Source: Candidatus Bathyarchaeota archaeon (lineage in GTDB: Archaea; Thermoproteota; Bathyarchaeia; Bathyarchaeales; Bathycorpusculaceae). Taken from it: a DNA stretch of 64,000 bases. This document shows, one piece after another, positions 40,639-50,915 of the stretch (the first letter of the stretch is position 1; every line of letters starts with the position of its first letter). The stretch covers positions 352,001 to 416,000 of the forward strand of contig CAWHVC010000001.1 of the NCBI GenBank assembly GCA_963832745.1, in the 5' to 3' direction. The translations under genes were made by a program, and so were the position numbers. The notes below the pieces were generated by a model. The model searched no databases, was not told the origin of the DNA, and saw only the letters and a list, made by a program, of their open reading frames with translations.

Positions 40639-40968
40639 CTAAACTTTCTTAAAAGCAGCATCTCTGAGTTGGTCAGCCCTTTCGGCCTCGTCAACCAAGC
40701 CTAAATGCCTATACCATAAAGGATTCACGTAAGCGGTCTTAAACCTTTCGTCCTCAACCAATATCTTGCCGCCGATAACTAAATCATCGGCAATATAGAC
40801 TTCTCTCATTAAATGTTTAGGAAAATCAAGATTAAGATGAGTTTGAGGGTCAACCCAACTTGAAATGTTTGAAAGTTTAAGAGCAGTAACATCCGCATGC
40901 TTAACCTTTGTAGGGTCAACTACCTCTCCATCTTCAATATTAGAAATAGAAGTATAATGTCTAATCAA
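40639..40968 (-). CDS. unknown 109-aa protein embedded between ureC and ureE
   Basis: TTG start with GGAG site, co-oriented, 18-nt gap to ureE. Confidence 0.75.
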   Translation of the reverse strand: MIRHYTSISNIEDGEVVDPTKVKHADVTALKLSNISSWVDPQTHLNLDFPKHLMREVYIADDLVIGGKILVEDERFKTAYVNPLWYRHLGLVDEAERADQLRDAAFKKV

Positions 40969-41006
40969 ATCTTATTTCTCCAAAAAAAGGATAGGGGAAA
41001 CTCAGT

Positions 41007-42731
41007 TTACACTAAATGGTAAAGCTGAGTTAGGGGTAATTCTTTTGCTGGTTCAGAAGTTATTGGCTTACCGTTGAATGAGACTTTGTATGTTTCTGGG
41101 TCAATCTTTATGTCGCCGAGGGTGCTGTTTCGTATCATGTGCTGTTTGCCGAGGTTTCTTACGTTGTGTACGGGCAAAACCATGCGATGGATTCCATATT
41201 TCTTTTCTATGCCGTTTTCGATTGCTAACTTCGATACGAAGAGGGCACAGGTTCTTGGTTGTGCTAATCCAAATCCGCCCCACATGGGTCGGAAGAAGAC
41301 TGGCTCGACAGGGGGCACTGACGCGTTGGGATCACCCATCATTGCATAGGCAATTAAGCCACCCTTGAAGACAATGTTTGGTTTTACTCCGAAGAATTGC
41401 GGGTTCCAAAGAACGATATCCGCCATTTTTCCTGGTGAAATACTGCCTACATAGTCGGATATTCCGTTGGTTATTGCAGGGTTAATGTTGAGTTTTGCGA
41501 GGTATCTTAAGACTCTAAAGTTGTCATTTTCAGCGGAGTCTTCGGGGAGTTTACCAAATTGGGCTTTCATTTTGTGGGCAGTTTGCCAGCATCTGGTTGA
41601 TACTTCACCTGTTCGCCCCATTGCTTGGCTGTCGGATGAATACATACTAAGAATGCCCATATCATGGAAGACATCTTCGGCTGCGATGGTTTCTGCTCTG
41701 ATTCTTGATTCGGCGAATGCAACGTCTTCAGGAACCTTGGGGTTGAGGTGGTGTGTAACCATGACCATGTCTAGGTGCTCGTCGATGGTGTTAACGGTGT
41801 AGGGTCGGGTGGGGTTTGTTGAGGATGGTAAGACATTAGGTTCTCCGGCGATTTTCATAATGTCTGGAGCGTGGCCTCCGCCAGCACCTTCAGTGTGATA
41901 AGTGTGGACTGTTCGGCCATCTATGGTGTCGATTGTGTCGTCTACATAGGCGCCCTCATTTAGCGAGTCGGTGTGGATTGCTAACTGGACATCATATTCG
42001 TCTGCGACAGTTAACGCTGTATCTATAGACGCAGCTGTTGCACCCCAGTCTTCGTGCATTTTGAATCCGCCTGCGCCAGCTGCTAATTCTTCGATCAGGG
42101 TTTCTTTTTTACTGTCGTTGGCTTTGCCTAAAACTATCCAGTTTAAGGGTAATCCTTCGAAAGACTCGATTAATTTTTGGATGTTCCAGGGGCCGGGTGT
42201 ACAGGTTGTGGCGTTTGTTCCATCTGCGGGACCTGTGCCTCCACCAACGTATGTTGTGATGCCGTTGGCGATTGCGTGGTAAACCTGTTGCGGCGAAATC
42301 CAATGGGTGTGGGTATCAAAGAATCCTGCGGTGGCAATGAGGCCCTCTCCGGCAGTGATTTCGGTCGCGTTACTAACAACCATATTTTCGGTGACGTTGT
42401 CCATGGTGCTTGGGTTTCCGGCTTTACCGATGCCTACGATTATCCCGTCTCGGATGCCAATGTCCGCTTTCACAACGCCCAATAAAGCGTCTAACACCAC
42501 AACGTTTGTTATGACATGGTCTAATGCACCGTCTGCATGTGTTGTGCCTGGCGATAGGCCCATGCCTTGGCGTCCTGTTTTCCCTCCACCGAAAACTAGC
42601 TCGTCACCATAGGTATTAAGATCTTTTTCTATTTCAATTGTCAGGTTTGTGTCAGCTAGCTGGATTTTGTCGCCTTTCGTGGGGCCATACAAGTCTAAAT
42701 ATTGCTTTCGTGGAATCTTCATTTTATTCAA
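41007..42731 (-). CDS. ureC: urease alpha subunit
   Basis: [42 protein letters not shown]. Confidence 0.99.
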   Translation of the reverse strand: MNKMKIPRKQYLDLYGPTKGDKIQLADTNLTIEIEKDLNTYGDELVFGGGKTGRQGMGLSPGTTHADGALDHVITNVVVLDALLGVVKADIGIRDGIIVGIGKAGNPSTMDNVTENMVVSNATEITAGEGLIATAGFFDTHTHWISPQQVYHAIANGITTYVGGGTGPADGTNATTCTPGPWNIQKLIESFEGLPLNWIVLGKANDSKKETLIEELAAGAGGFKMHEDWGATAASIDTALTVADEYDVQLAIHTDSLNEGAYVDDTIDTIDGRTVHTYHTEGAGGGHAPDIMKIAGEPNVLPSSTNPTRPYTVNTIDEHLDMVMVTHHLNPKVPEDVAFAESRIRAETIAAEDVFHDMGILSMYSSDSQAMGRTGEVSTRCWQTAHKMKAQFGKLPEDSAENDNFRVLRYLAKLNINPAITNGISDYVGSISPGKMADIVLWNPQFFGVKPNIVFKGGLIAYAMMGDPNASVPPVEPVFFRPMWGGFGLAQPRTCALFVSKLAIENGIEKKYGIHRMVLPVHNVRNLGKQHMIRNSTLGDIKIDPETYKVSFNGKPITSEPAKELPLTQLYHLV

Positions 42732-43101
42732 CCACTACTCCTTTGAATTTTAGTTTCTTGGCTTTTCTTAGCGCCATCTCTTTTCGATAAATTGTCCTTA
42801 CACTGCCGTCTACGAGGTTGTTGAATCCGTGGATGTATTTTTTACCGCCATATTCAACAAGGGGCACTTCTTTTTCTTGGCCTGGTTCAAATCGTACACT
42901 TGTGCCTGCAGGCAGAGCGAGTTTCATTCCATAGGCTTTTTCTCTGTCAAAATCTAGTGCTCTGTTGGCTTCGAAGAAGTGAAAATGCGAACCTACTTGA
43001 ATGCCTCTATCGCCAGTGTTTTTCACTTTCAAGGTTATGGTTTTTCTATTTGGGAATGCCTCAATGTCGCCTGATCCCAAGGTAATTTGTCCGACGGTCA
43101 T
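42724..43101 (-). CDS. ureB: urease beta subunit
   Basis: [29 protein letters not shown]. Confidence 0.99.
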   Translation of the reverse strand: MTVGQITLGSGDIEAFPNRKTITLKVKNTGDRGIQVGSHFHFFEANRALDFDREKAYGMKLALPAGTSVRFEPGQEKEVPLVEYGGKKYIHGFNNLVDGSVRTIYRKEMALRKAKKLKFKGVVVE

Positions 43102-43419
43102 TTAACTGCCTCCTTTCGGTTGAATTGGATTATGGACACTTACTAATTTGGTCCCATCGGGGAACGTTGCTTCGCATTGAACCATTGGTATCATATCAGC
43201 TACACCAGGCATAACATCATCCATTGACAAAACATGCCTAGCATCTTTGGCGATTTGAGCTACACGGACACCCTTTCTTGCTTCCTCTTGCACGAAATCA
43301 GCAATTAGTGCAACTGCTTCTGGATGATTCAGCTTTAGGCCAGCTTTGTGCCTGCGATCAGCCATTTGAGCAGCAACGAAAATCATCATTTTCTCAGTTT
43401 CACGTGGAACTAGTTTCAT
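43102..43419 (-). CDS. ureA: urease gamma subunit
   Basis: [35 protein letters not shown]. Confidence 0.99.
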   Translation of the reverse strand: MKLVPRETEKMMIFVAAQMADRRHKAGLKLNHPEAVALIADFVQEEARKGVRVAQIAKDARHVLSMDDVMPGVADMIPMVQCEATFPDGTKLVSVHNPIQPKGGS

Positions 43420-43845
43420 TTTGTTTCATCCTTATTTTTTTAAAAAAAACCTGATTATTTTTAAATAAAATCGTTTTCATAAGGGTATGTTACACCTAGT
43501 TGTTACTACTTTTTTTAAAAGTTAATACTTCTTTTTTAGAAATTCACACTGATGTGTATGAAAAATGTGGTAGGTACGGACATTTAATTCGGCATTCAAA
43601 ATCTACTTCGCATGTTAATTCCGAAAAACTTAAAAAAGCAGTTATTTTATGGTTTTATGATTAGGTTTGCCAAAACGACTTATCTCAAGCGGGATAAATA
43701 ACCCAATATCTTCTGGCAGAAAAAAGGTTGGAAAGTGCAAGGGTGATAATCTTTATGTCCAGAGTTTAAAAACTATCATTCTTGATGGGGCGAATCACGT
43801 TGCATTCCTGTCAATGGAGTCAAACAGGTCAAGGAGGCGATATAC

Positions 43846-43989
43846 GTGTCAGAAACTAGAATCATTGTCTTGGAGGAAAAACTTGCTGAATTAGAAAAAA
43901 GACTTCAAAAATTGGAGAAACATGAGGAACGACTTGAAAAATTGGAGAAGAAGCATGAGGTCACAGCGCCCCATTCGTTTGTTGTTTAG
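43846..43989 (+). CDS. 47-aa coiled-coil small protein (not in ORF track)
   Basis: Strong AAGGAGG site, GTG start, MSETRIIVLEEKLAELEKRLQKLEKHEERLEKLEKKHEVTAPHSFVV. Confidence 0.7.
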   Translation: MSETRIIVLEEKLAELEKRLQKLEKHEERLEKLEKKHEVTAPHSFVV

Positions 43990-44165
43990 AAAAGGATGAA
44001 CTTAATCACGAAAACACATTTTTCTATGTCTCACGGGTAACTGCATATAATACAATCGACAGTTTGTACTATACAAAGGACTAAAATAGTAACACAAACG
44101 ATTGGTGTTGTGGTAGGTTGGGCCCAACTACAAACCTATAAATCGGAACTAAATCAGCCTTTAAT

Positions 44166-45308
44166 ATGGCGGTTTTTGTGGATCCGATTTCAGGAGCTAT
44201 TAATTTTATCCTTAACGGTGTCGGGCAAGTATTCTTTATGGGTTCGCCGTTAACTGGAATTATTTTCGTGATTGCGCTCGCTATAAACTCAAGAAGAGCC
44301 GCTGCTCTTGCGGTAATAGGCTCTATTTTGGGTGGGTTAGTAGGCTGGGGGCTAGGCATAGAGCTCATACCGGCTTCTTTGTCTTCTCCGGACAATTCAG
44401 TAATTTATGGAATTTTCGGGTTTAACTCTGTTCTAACCGCTATCGCATTGGGTGATACCTTCTTAGAGAAGGGAAAAGGAGCATGGGTCGCAGCCGCATT
44501 AGGCGCGGCAATTACAGGATTTGTCACTGCTTCTCTTATCTGGTTTACAGGCATATTTGGGATACCCGTGCAAACTTCAGCGTTTGTTTTAACCACATGG
44601 ATTATTCTATTTGCTGTTTATAAGATGGGCAACCTTAAACTTGCTGGTCCACCTCCTGTGCCAAAACAAAGAAGCTCAATGTTGAAGAATCCTCAAAATA
44701 TTGAAAAAAAAGAACCTTTACAGTTAGGGGAATTATCTGCAGGCGGTTTTGTAAAACTGATTTTTACAGGTGTAGCACAAGTAATGTTTCAGGAAAACTG
44801 GAAAACAGGGGTTGTTTTTTTTATAGGATTAACCGTTGCCAGTTTTTCTTTGGTTCCATATGGTTTTCCAGGGCAATATCCAATATATTTCGCTGGGGTA
44901 ACTGCTTTTATAGGGACTCTTTCCGCCACTTTAACAGCTATTGCCTTCAAAGCTGATAGACAATCAGTTTTAATCGGTCTTTACGGATTTAATGGTACCT
45001 TAACGTCGCTAGCAGTCATGGGTGTCTTCCTTGGATTTCTTTGGCCTATAAGCCCATTTAATGGTTCATGGGTTAATTTTTTTGTTATGCTCTTTGCTGC
45101 TGCATTTTCTTCTGTAGTTACAGCTTTTATTGGAACAATAACTAGCCGCTTTAAGTTGCCAACTTTGACTGCACCGTTTGTTTTCACAGCATGGCTAATA
45201 GAGTTAGGCGCGCATCTCTTTCCTAACATAGCACCCGCCAGTCTACTTTTACTAACACAGCCCACAGCCACGGGAATTCTCCAAATCGTCCCTTCCCTGA
45301 TAATATGA
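44166..45308 (+). CDS. urea transporter (UT/Utp family channel)
   Basis: Two homologous halves with GVGQVFF/GVAQVMF, GFN and TSAF/TAPF motifs. Confidence 0.92.
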   Translation: MAVFVDPISGAINFILNGVGQVFFMGSPLTGIIFVIALAINSRRAAALAVIGSILGGLVGWGLGIELIPASLSSPDNSVIYGIFGFNSVLTAIALGDTFLEKGKGAWVAAALGAAITGFVTASLIWFTGIFGIPVQTSAFVLTTWIILFAVYKMGNLKLAGPPPVPKQRSSMLKNPQNIEKKEPLQLGELSAGGFVKLIFTGVAQVMFQENWKTGVVFFIGLTVASFSLVPYGFPGQYPIYFAGVTAFIGTLSATLTAIAFKADRQSVLIGLYGFNGTLTSLAVMGVFLGFLWPISPFNGSWVNFFVMLFAAAFSSVVTAFIGTITSRFKLPTLTAPFVFTAWLIELGAHLFPNIAPASLLLLTQPTATGILQIVPSLII

Positions 45309-45332
45309 CTCGGAGAGATTGGAGTGTTATAG

Positions 45333-46655
45333 ATGTCGGCTAATATTGCTACAGAGACCCTGTTCAATAATCTCTGGGTATTGATTTGTGGTGTTCTTGT
45401 TTTCATCATGACTATCGCAGTGGGTATCCTAGAACGAGGAGAACTGGGACGGTCCTCAAATAGGGCTCTGCTGAAAAACATTTTCATTTCTTGCTCAGGC
45501 TTCTTTTTTATGGCCTTCATCGGCTTCAATATCGCTTTTGCACCAACAATTGCGAACGGCTTAATCGGTAACCCTCTTTACACTTCGCCCTTCCTCGGAA
45601 GCTTTCAGTCAAACGCCGTTGCTATACACACCCAAACATGGTGGTCAATGACCCCCACCTACTTCAATAACTTCATTACACTTCCCACCTATTTTTTCTT
45701 CGAAACAGCCTTTGCCACAGTAACCTTGGCTCTAGTTGGTGTAATCGTCTTAAGAAAAATTAAGCTAAGTTCATTTTTCCTTTTTTCAATACCCTATTTT
45801 ATCCTTATATGGGCACTGCCGGCTGCTTGGATATGGAACCCTCAAGGCTGGCTATACTTGTTGGGCGTAAGAGATTTTGCAGGTGGACTGGTGGTTCACG
45901 GTGCTGCAGGTGCAGCAGGTCTAGCCATCGTTTTTAGGGTCTGGCAAGAGGAAAAAAAGAAAGGCTACCGTGAAAGCCCCCAGATAAAGCCTAAGCCAAA
46001 CACGCCCTGGTTAGCCTTGTCAATTCTTCTGCTCTGGTTCGGCTGGTTTGGTTTCAACCCTGGAAGCACCTTAGCGCTAAACATCCAATCGTACATTGTA
46101 GTTTTGATAACTTTCTTAGCCGCCGCAACTGCCTTTTTGTTTACGATGTTTTTTAAGTACTTAGAAATTAGAAAGATGCCCAGTATAATGTACGCTGCAA
46201 ATGGTGTGCTCATCGGGCTAATAGTCATCACCCCTGTTGCCGGTTATATTGGTCCCGAGAGTGCAGTAATTCTTGGAATATTGGGTTCAATTGTGTTTAT
46301 TTTAGGAGAGAAGCTTTTCGCGAGAATTAAATGGTTCACTGACCCAGTTGGGTTGTTTCCGGGACACTTTCTCGGTGGCTTATTTGGGTTTATCATGGTT
46401 GCCTTTTTCACACAGAAAGTGTATGCTGATTTTGGCGGCGGATATGGTTTGCCTGATGGATTACTTTTCGGCGGGGGCTTGAATGCATTACGACAACTTG
46501 GGATTCAGATGTTAGCTATTCCAGTTGTTCTTGTCTCTGTCTTTGTTTTATCATACGTTTTCATGTGGATAATTAGCAAGAGCACACATGGCATAATCAA
46601 CGAATACCCTGCTAAAGGAACTAATCCTAAATCAGCAATCAAACCAACAACCTAA
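45333..46655 (+). CDS. amt: ammonium transporter (Amt family)
   Basis: DFAGGLVVH, LWFGWFGFNPGS, NG...GL..ITP.AG, DP....PGH. Confidence 0.93.
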   Translation: MSANIATETLFNNLWVLICGVLVFIMTIAVGILERGELGRSSNRALLKNIFISCSGFFFMAFIGFNIAFAPTIANGLIGNPLYTSPFLGSFQSNAVAIHTQTWWSMTPTYFNNFITLPTYFFFETAFATVTLALVGVIVLRKIKLSSFFLFSIPYFILIWALPAAWIWNPQGWLYLLGVRDFAGGLVVHGAAGAAGLAIVFRVWQEEKKKGYRESPQIKPKPNTPWLALSILLLWFGWFGFNPGSTLALNIQSYIVVLITFLAAATAFLFTMFFKYLEIRKMPSIMYAANGVLIGLIVITPVAGYIGPESAVILGILGSIVFILGEKLFARIKWFTDPVGLFPGHFLGGLFGFIMVAFFTQKVYADFGGGYGLPDGLLFGGGLNALRQLGIQMLAIPVVLVSVFVLSYVFMWIISKSTHGIINEYPAKGTNPKSAIKPTT

Positions 46656-46717
46656 CGAACTGGAACCAGAAAACAGAGGTCTTTTATGAATGGACCGAGT
46701 AATGGAGAAAACCAGTT

Positions 46718-48886
46718 TTGTCTAAGCGACTCCCAACATCCATCACAACTTTGCAGCATTGGGTAATTTACGGAGTATTAATTGGAACAGTAACTGGCTT
46801 TGGAACCGCTCTTTTCTATTTTGCACAGCAAACAGCAACAACTCTACTGATAGGCGACGCTGCCGGATTTGCAATCCCACTTCCAGCAGGAGAAGGAACA
46901 ACAATAGCGCCTAGCTATATTGGCGTGCGATGGCCCCTTTTATTTATCTTTCCAGCTATCGGCGGCTTGATTTCAGGGTTTCTTGTTTACACCTTTGCCC
47001 CTGAAGCTGAGGGCCATGGAACCGATGCTGTAATCAAGGCGTTTCATAGACATAGAGGAAAAATAAGGCGCCGGATTCCATTAGTTAAAGGTTTAGCAAC
47101 AATTGCAACATTAGGCTTCGGAGGCAGCGCTGGACGTGAAGGACCAGTAGCTCAAATAGGCGCTGGTTTTGGGTCTATGATTGCAAACCTAAGGAAACTC
47201 AATGAATCTGACCGCAGAACCCTTGCCATTTGTGGAGTCGCGGCTGGAATAGGCAGCATTTTCAAAGCACCTTTTGGAGGCGCAATCTTTGCAATCGAAG
47301 TGCTCTACAAAGAAGATTTTGAAGTTTCAGCGTTAATACCTGCGTTCATTTCTTCAGCAGTATCTTATACTATTTATTCAATATTTTTCGGATTTAACTC
47401 CATCTTTGGGCAGACAAGCTTTGTTTTCAATAATGCATTTGACCTTATACCCTATGCGCTATTAGGCCTTTTTTTGGCACCTATTGCCATAGCTTACATC
47501 AAAGTTTTCTATGGAATCCATGATTTATTCGCGAAAATAAAAATTCCTAATCATTTTAAGCCCGCTATCGGTGGATTCATATTCGGATTCATAGCCTTAT
47601 TGGTTCCTCAGACAATGGCGGTTGGTTACGGCTGGCTGCAATTAGCAATTTATGGCCAAATTGCATTAGTTTCGATGGTTGTAATAGGGATTGCAAAAAT
47701 CTTTGCCACAGGATTAACAATAGCTACGGGAGGTAGTGGAGGTGTCTTTGCTCCATCCTTAATGATAGGCGGCATGTTAGGTGGGGCGCTTGGCATAGTC
47801 CTTAATTTGATAAATCCAACATTATTTCCTCAGCCTGGAGCCTTTGTAATTGTTGGCATGGGCGCTTTCTTTGCGGGAGCAGGTCATGTTCCCATAGCCG
47901 CTATCATAATGGTTTTTGAGATGACCCGCGATTACTCGCTGTTCGTTCCCGCCATGGTTGCTTGTACATTAACCTACATATTCGTTCGCAACTATACAAT
48001 ATATATCGAGCAAGTTCCACGCAGAAGCGATTCGCCTGCACATATAGGGGAGTTCAACCGAGACCTACTAGAACAAGTTGGTGTAGACCAAGCAGCAACT
48101 AAAAAAGTCGTCACTGTTTCCTCTAAATCTCCTGTAGAGGAAATCACCCATCTTATCCTATCGACGGGTCACAGGGGGTACCCTGTTGTTGATGATGGAA
48201 AACTTGTTGGAATAGTGACTTATCGCGATGTAGTCAAAGTCGACGCTAAATCGAGAGAAACAACAAAGATTAGTCAAATAATGACCACTAACCTTCATGT
48301 TATCTATCCACGAGATAGCGTGTTTTCAGCACTCTATCAAATGGAGCTTAACCAAGTTGGAAGACTACTTGTAGTTAACCCAAATGAACCTTCAAATCTT
48401 TTAGGAATAATCACAACGACCGACATAATATTAGCTCACGAAAGGGTAACTCAAAAAGAAGGAAAAATGCATAAAACAGCTTTCTTCCAGAAAATCATTG
48501 TTAAAGAGATTATGACTACAAAAGTAGTAACCGTATCAGCATCGACCCCGATTTCTAAGTTTGAAGTAATCGCTAGTGAAAACGGACATGAGAGTTACCC
48601 TGTATTAGACAACGAAAAAATTGTAGGCATAGTAACACTTAGAGGGCTTATCAAAAGCCTTACATTAAATAAACCCGCCAAAACTGTGTCTGACATATTG
48701 AGTGATAAGTACATTACGGTTTATAGCGACATAACTGTTGCAGATGCGTTAACAAAAATGTATAAAAGCAATATTTGGCAGTTGATGGTGATTGATAAAG
48801 CTAATCCTGATAAGTTAGCAGGGTTGGTGACCTTTGCAGATATCATGAAAGTCTATATTTCCGAACAGATTTTAGCTCTCGACTGA
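46718..48886 (+). CDS. CLC chloride channel/transporter with four CBS domains
   Basis: GHGTD, GREGP, GGVFAP, two C-terminal CBS pairs. Confidence 0.95.
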   Translation: MSKRLPTSITTLQHWVIYGVLIGTVTGFGTALFYFAQQTATTLLIGDAAGFAIPLPAGEGTTIAPSYIGVRWPLLFIFPAIGGLISGFLVYTFAPEAEGHGTDAVIKAFHRHRGKIRRRIPLVKGLATIATLGFGGSAGREGPVAQIGAGFGSMIANLRKLNESDRRTLAICGVAAGIGSIFKAPFGGAIFAIEVLYKEDFEVSALIPAFISSAVSYTIYSIFFGFNSIFGQTSFVFNNAFDLIPYALLGLFLAPIAIAYIKVFYGIHDLFAKIKIPNHFKPAIGGFIFGFIALLVPQTMAVGYGWLQLAIYGQIALVSMVVIGIAKIFATGLTIATGGSGGVFAPSLMIGGMLGGALGIVLNLINPTLFPQPGAFVIVGMGAFFAGAGHVPIAAIIMVFEMTRDYSLFVPAMVACTLTYIFVRNYTIYIEQVPRRSDSPAHIGEFNRDLLEQVGVDQAATKKVVTVSSKSPVEEITHLILSTGHRGYPVVDDGKLVGIVTYRDVVKVDAKSRETTKISQIMTTNLHVIYPRDSVFSALYQMELNQVGRLLVVNPNEPSNLLGIITTTDIILAHERVTQKEGKMHKTAFFQKIIVKEIMTTKVVTVSASTPISKFEVIASENGHESYPVLDNEKIVGIVTLRGLIKSLTLNKPAKTVSDILSDKYITVYSDITVADALTKMYKSNIWQLMVIDKANPDKLAGLVTFADIMKVYISEQILALD

Positions 48887-49246
48887 ATGTTGAATCAAAA
48901 AAACGTCTTTTCTAAGAAACCGATAAAAAAGGACACAATTACATAGCTCAATAACAGTTTGATATCGTCTTATGTTTTTAGGATGAATAATTGTGCAAAG
49001 AAGGGCGTATTATGTTGGGTTAGTGGGTCTTCTTTTGCTCTTTATGGGTTTGTCCTATACCCAATAAATGCAGTGGTCCAATTTTGGTAGACATAACCTG
49101 GTTGGTGGTATACTGTATTATTGATGTTTTTGGTCTTTCATTCGCATTTATAGGAGACTTTTGGAGACTAAGCTTTGGAGAAAAGAGAAAATTTCTACAG
49201 ACTTCCTTTGCGAACCACTGCGAACACATTTTACATCGTAAGACAC

Positions 49247-50152
49247 TTAACTGATTAGTAGGCCCAACGTAAAACTAAGCAGTGGAGCCACTATCCAGCC
49301 CACCACTATGGTTAAGAAAGGTTTTAAGGACATAAATCGGCCCTTATATGATATTCCTGCTCCAAAAACTGCCGCTGAGAGTGTCTGAGTATTTGAAAGA
49401 GGAATATTAAAAACTGTAGCTATCTCAACCAGTACTGTGGATGCTAAAAGCGTTACGGTCGTGTTAGGATATCGCATCAAGAAGAGTTCTTGAGAGACTC
49501 GTTTAATCTCTCCTGCACTAAAAAAGAATGAGCCTATAAATATGGCAATAACTGCCAAAACTATAGCTATTATGCTTTCGCTGCCAGTGGCAACTATTAG
49601 ACCAAGGGTGTTTGCACCAAGAACGTATGCTGAAGAAAAAGAGAAAATAATTATGGCTATTTTATAAATTTTCAAACGCTTCCAAATATCTTTTGATTTG
49701 GTGTGGAAGAGTTTTAGTGCAAAAAATACAAAAATGATAGCGACCACGGGTGCAACGACCCACATAACTACAACTGTAAAGATATACCCCTGATCTATCA
49801 AACTACCCCTTGCGATCGATAACCCTGCAAGTAAACCTGTAAGCGACATAGTGTAAGAAAGTGGAACTCTCATAACATCCGCAATTACAAAGATAACTAT
49901 AGTGACCAACAATGCTTCGGCTTGAAGCTCTGGTGTCACATTTGGCAATAAAGTATCCACAGATTTTTTCATCAGGGTTCCTTGAATGAGTAGTCCGCTT
50001 GTAAATCCAACGGCACCTAAGAGGATTCCAAAGTTTTTTCCCAAAATTCTCGAACCTATTGCAGGACCTACGCATGCGGACAGGTTGTTCCCGGAAACTA
50101 GCATAACCGTTAGAAAGGTCAGCGCAATCAAAGCTATCGATATTAACAGCAT
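49247..50152 (-). CDS. inorganic phosphate transporter, PiT family
   Basis: SGNN.S..VG..IGS, GANT, IPLSNTQ, GWIVAP. Confidence 0.85.
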   Translation of the reverse strand: MLLISIALIALTFLTVMLVSGNNLSACVGPAIGSRILGKNFGILLGAVGFTSGLLIQGTLMKKSVDTLLPNVTPELQAEALLVTIVIFVIADVMRVPLSYTMSLTGLLAGLSIARGSLIDQGYIFTVVVMWVVAPVVAIIFVFFALKLFHTKSKDIWKRLKIYKIAIIIFSFSSAYVLGANTLGLIVATGSESIIAIVLAVIAIFIGSFFFSAGEIKRVSQELFLMRYPNTTVTLLASTVLVEIATVFNIPLSNTQTLSAAVFGAGISYKGRFMSLKPFLTIVVGWIVAPLLSFTLGLLIS

Positions 50153-50159
50153 TTGTTGG

Positions 50160-50843
50160 TCACTTGAGGATGGAGGTAACTATTGAAACAATCAGTTGTG
50201 AAGCGTCTTCGCATGAATCTAAAATGTCATCAGATTTGTGAAGAACTTCAGAGTAATGGTAAAATTGTAAATATGGTAATTTTGGCGCTATCCTGTAAAG
50301 TTTATCAAAGCCTTGATCTTTCACTTCATCGCCCTGTTCTTCTAGTGCTTCAATTTCTTTACGTAAACTCGCTATTTCTTCTTCATCAGATACAGAAAGC
50401 ATTTTTCTTAATTTTCCAAGCGATGTCTCTGCAAGACTAAATAGATTCTCGTAAATTGACGCCCAGGCTGCTTCTTGATGTGCTTTAAAATCAATCGAGT
50501 GAGTCTCGGACATTCGGTTTAGTTCTCTACTTATGTAATAATAAGTATCGATAATATCGTCAGCGGTTTGAATGCATTCGAGAAGATTGTCGATTATATT
50601 TGGGCTAATTGCTCCACCTGTAACCTCCTCGCTTATTCGAAAGGCAACTATATCAGATTTTTTTTCTAACCATCGCACCGACTCCATATCTGTCGATAAG
50701 ATCTGTTCATTGTAGTTCACTTTGAGCATTTCGTTAACAATGGCATTTGTTTCAAGCGATATACCTATTATTTCAGAAAGTTCTTTGAAGATATTTTTCT
50801 CTCCAATAACTAAAATACCTTTCAGAGATTTCACAGATAACAT
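50160..50843 (-). CDS. DUF47/PhoU-like phosphate transport regulator
   Basis: Repeated LEKKSD..ADDIID / LEEQGD..SDDILD motifs, adjacent to PiT. Confidence 0.85.
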   Translation of the reverse strand: MLSVKSLKGILVIGEKNIFKELSEIIGISLETNAIVNEMLKVNYNEQILSTDMESVRWLEKKSDIVAFRISEEVTGGAISPNIIDNLLECIQTADDIIDTYYYISRELNRMSETHSIDFKAHQEAAWASIYENLFSLAETSLGKLRKMLSVSDEEEIASLRKEIEALEEQGDEVKDQGFDKLYRIAPKLPYLQFYHYSEVLHKSDDILDSCEDASQLIVSIVTSILK

Positions 50844-50915
50844 CCCTAAAAATTATAAGCCTTCTATGTAAATGAAGCCGAGAGACCTTTAAAAAGATAA
50901 AACTATTCATAGGGT

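Noticed and set aside
41074-42612. Many plus-strand and alternate-frame ORFs inside ureC (similar shadow ORFs occur in other long genes)
   Set aside because: Antisense or out-of-frame shadows of well-supported genes, with no motifs
43570-43625. NrpR-like GGAA-N6-TTCC operator in the ure/UT divergent region
   Set aside because: Best matches (GGAC-N6-TTCG, CGCA-N6-TTCC) carry two mismatches each, too weak to call
43667-43894. 75-aa ORF upstream of the urea transporter
   Set aside because: No ribosome-binding site or motif; overlaps the better-supported 47-aa ORF at 43846
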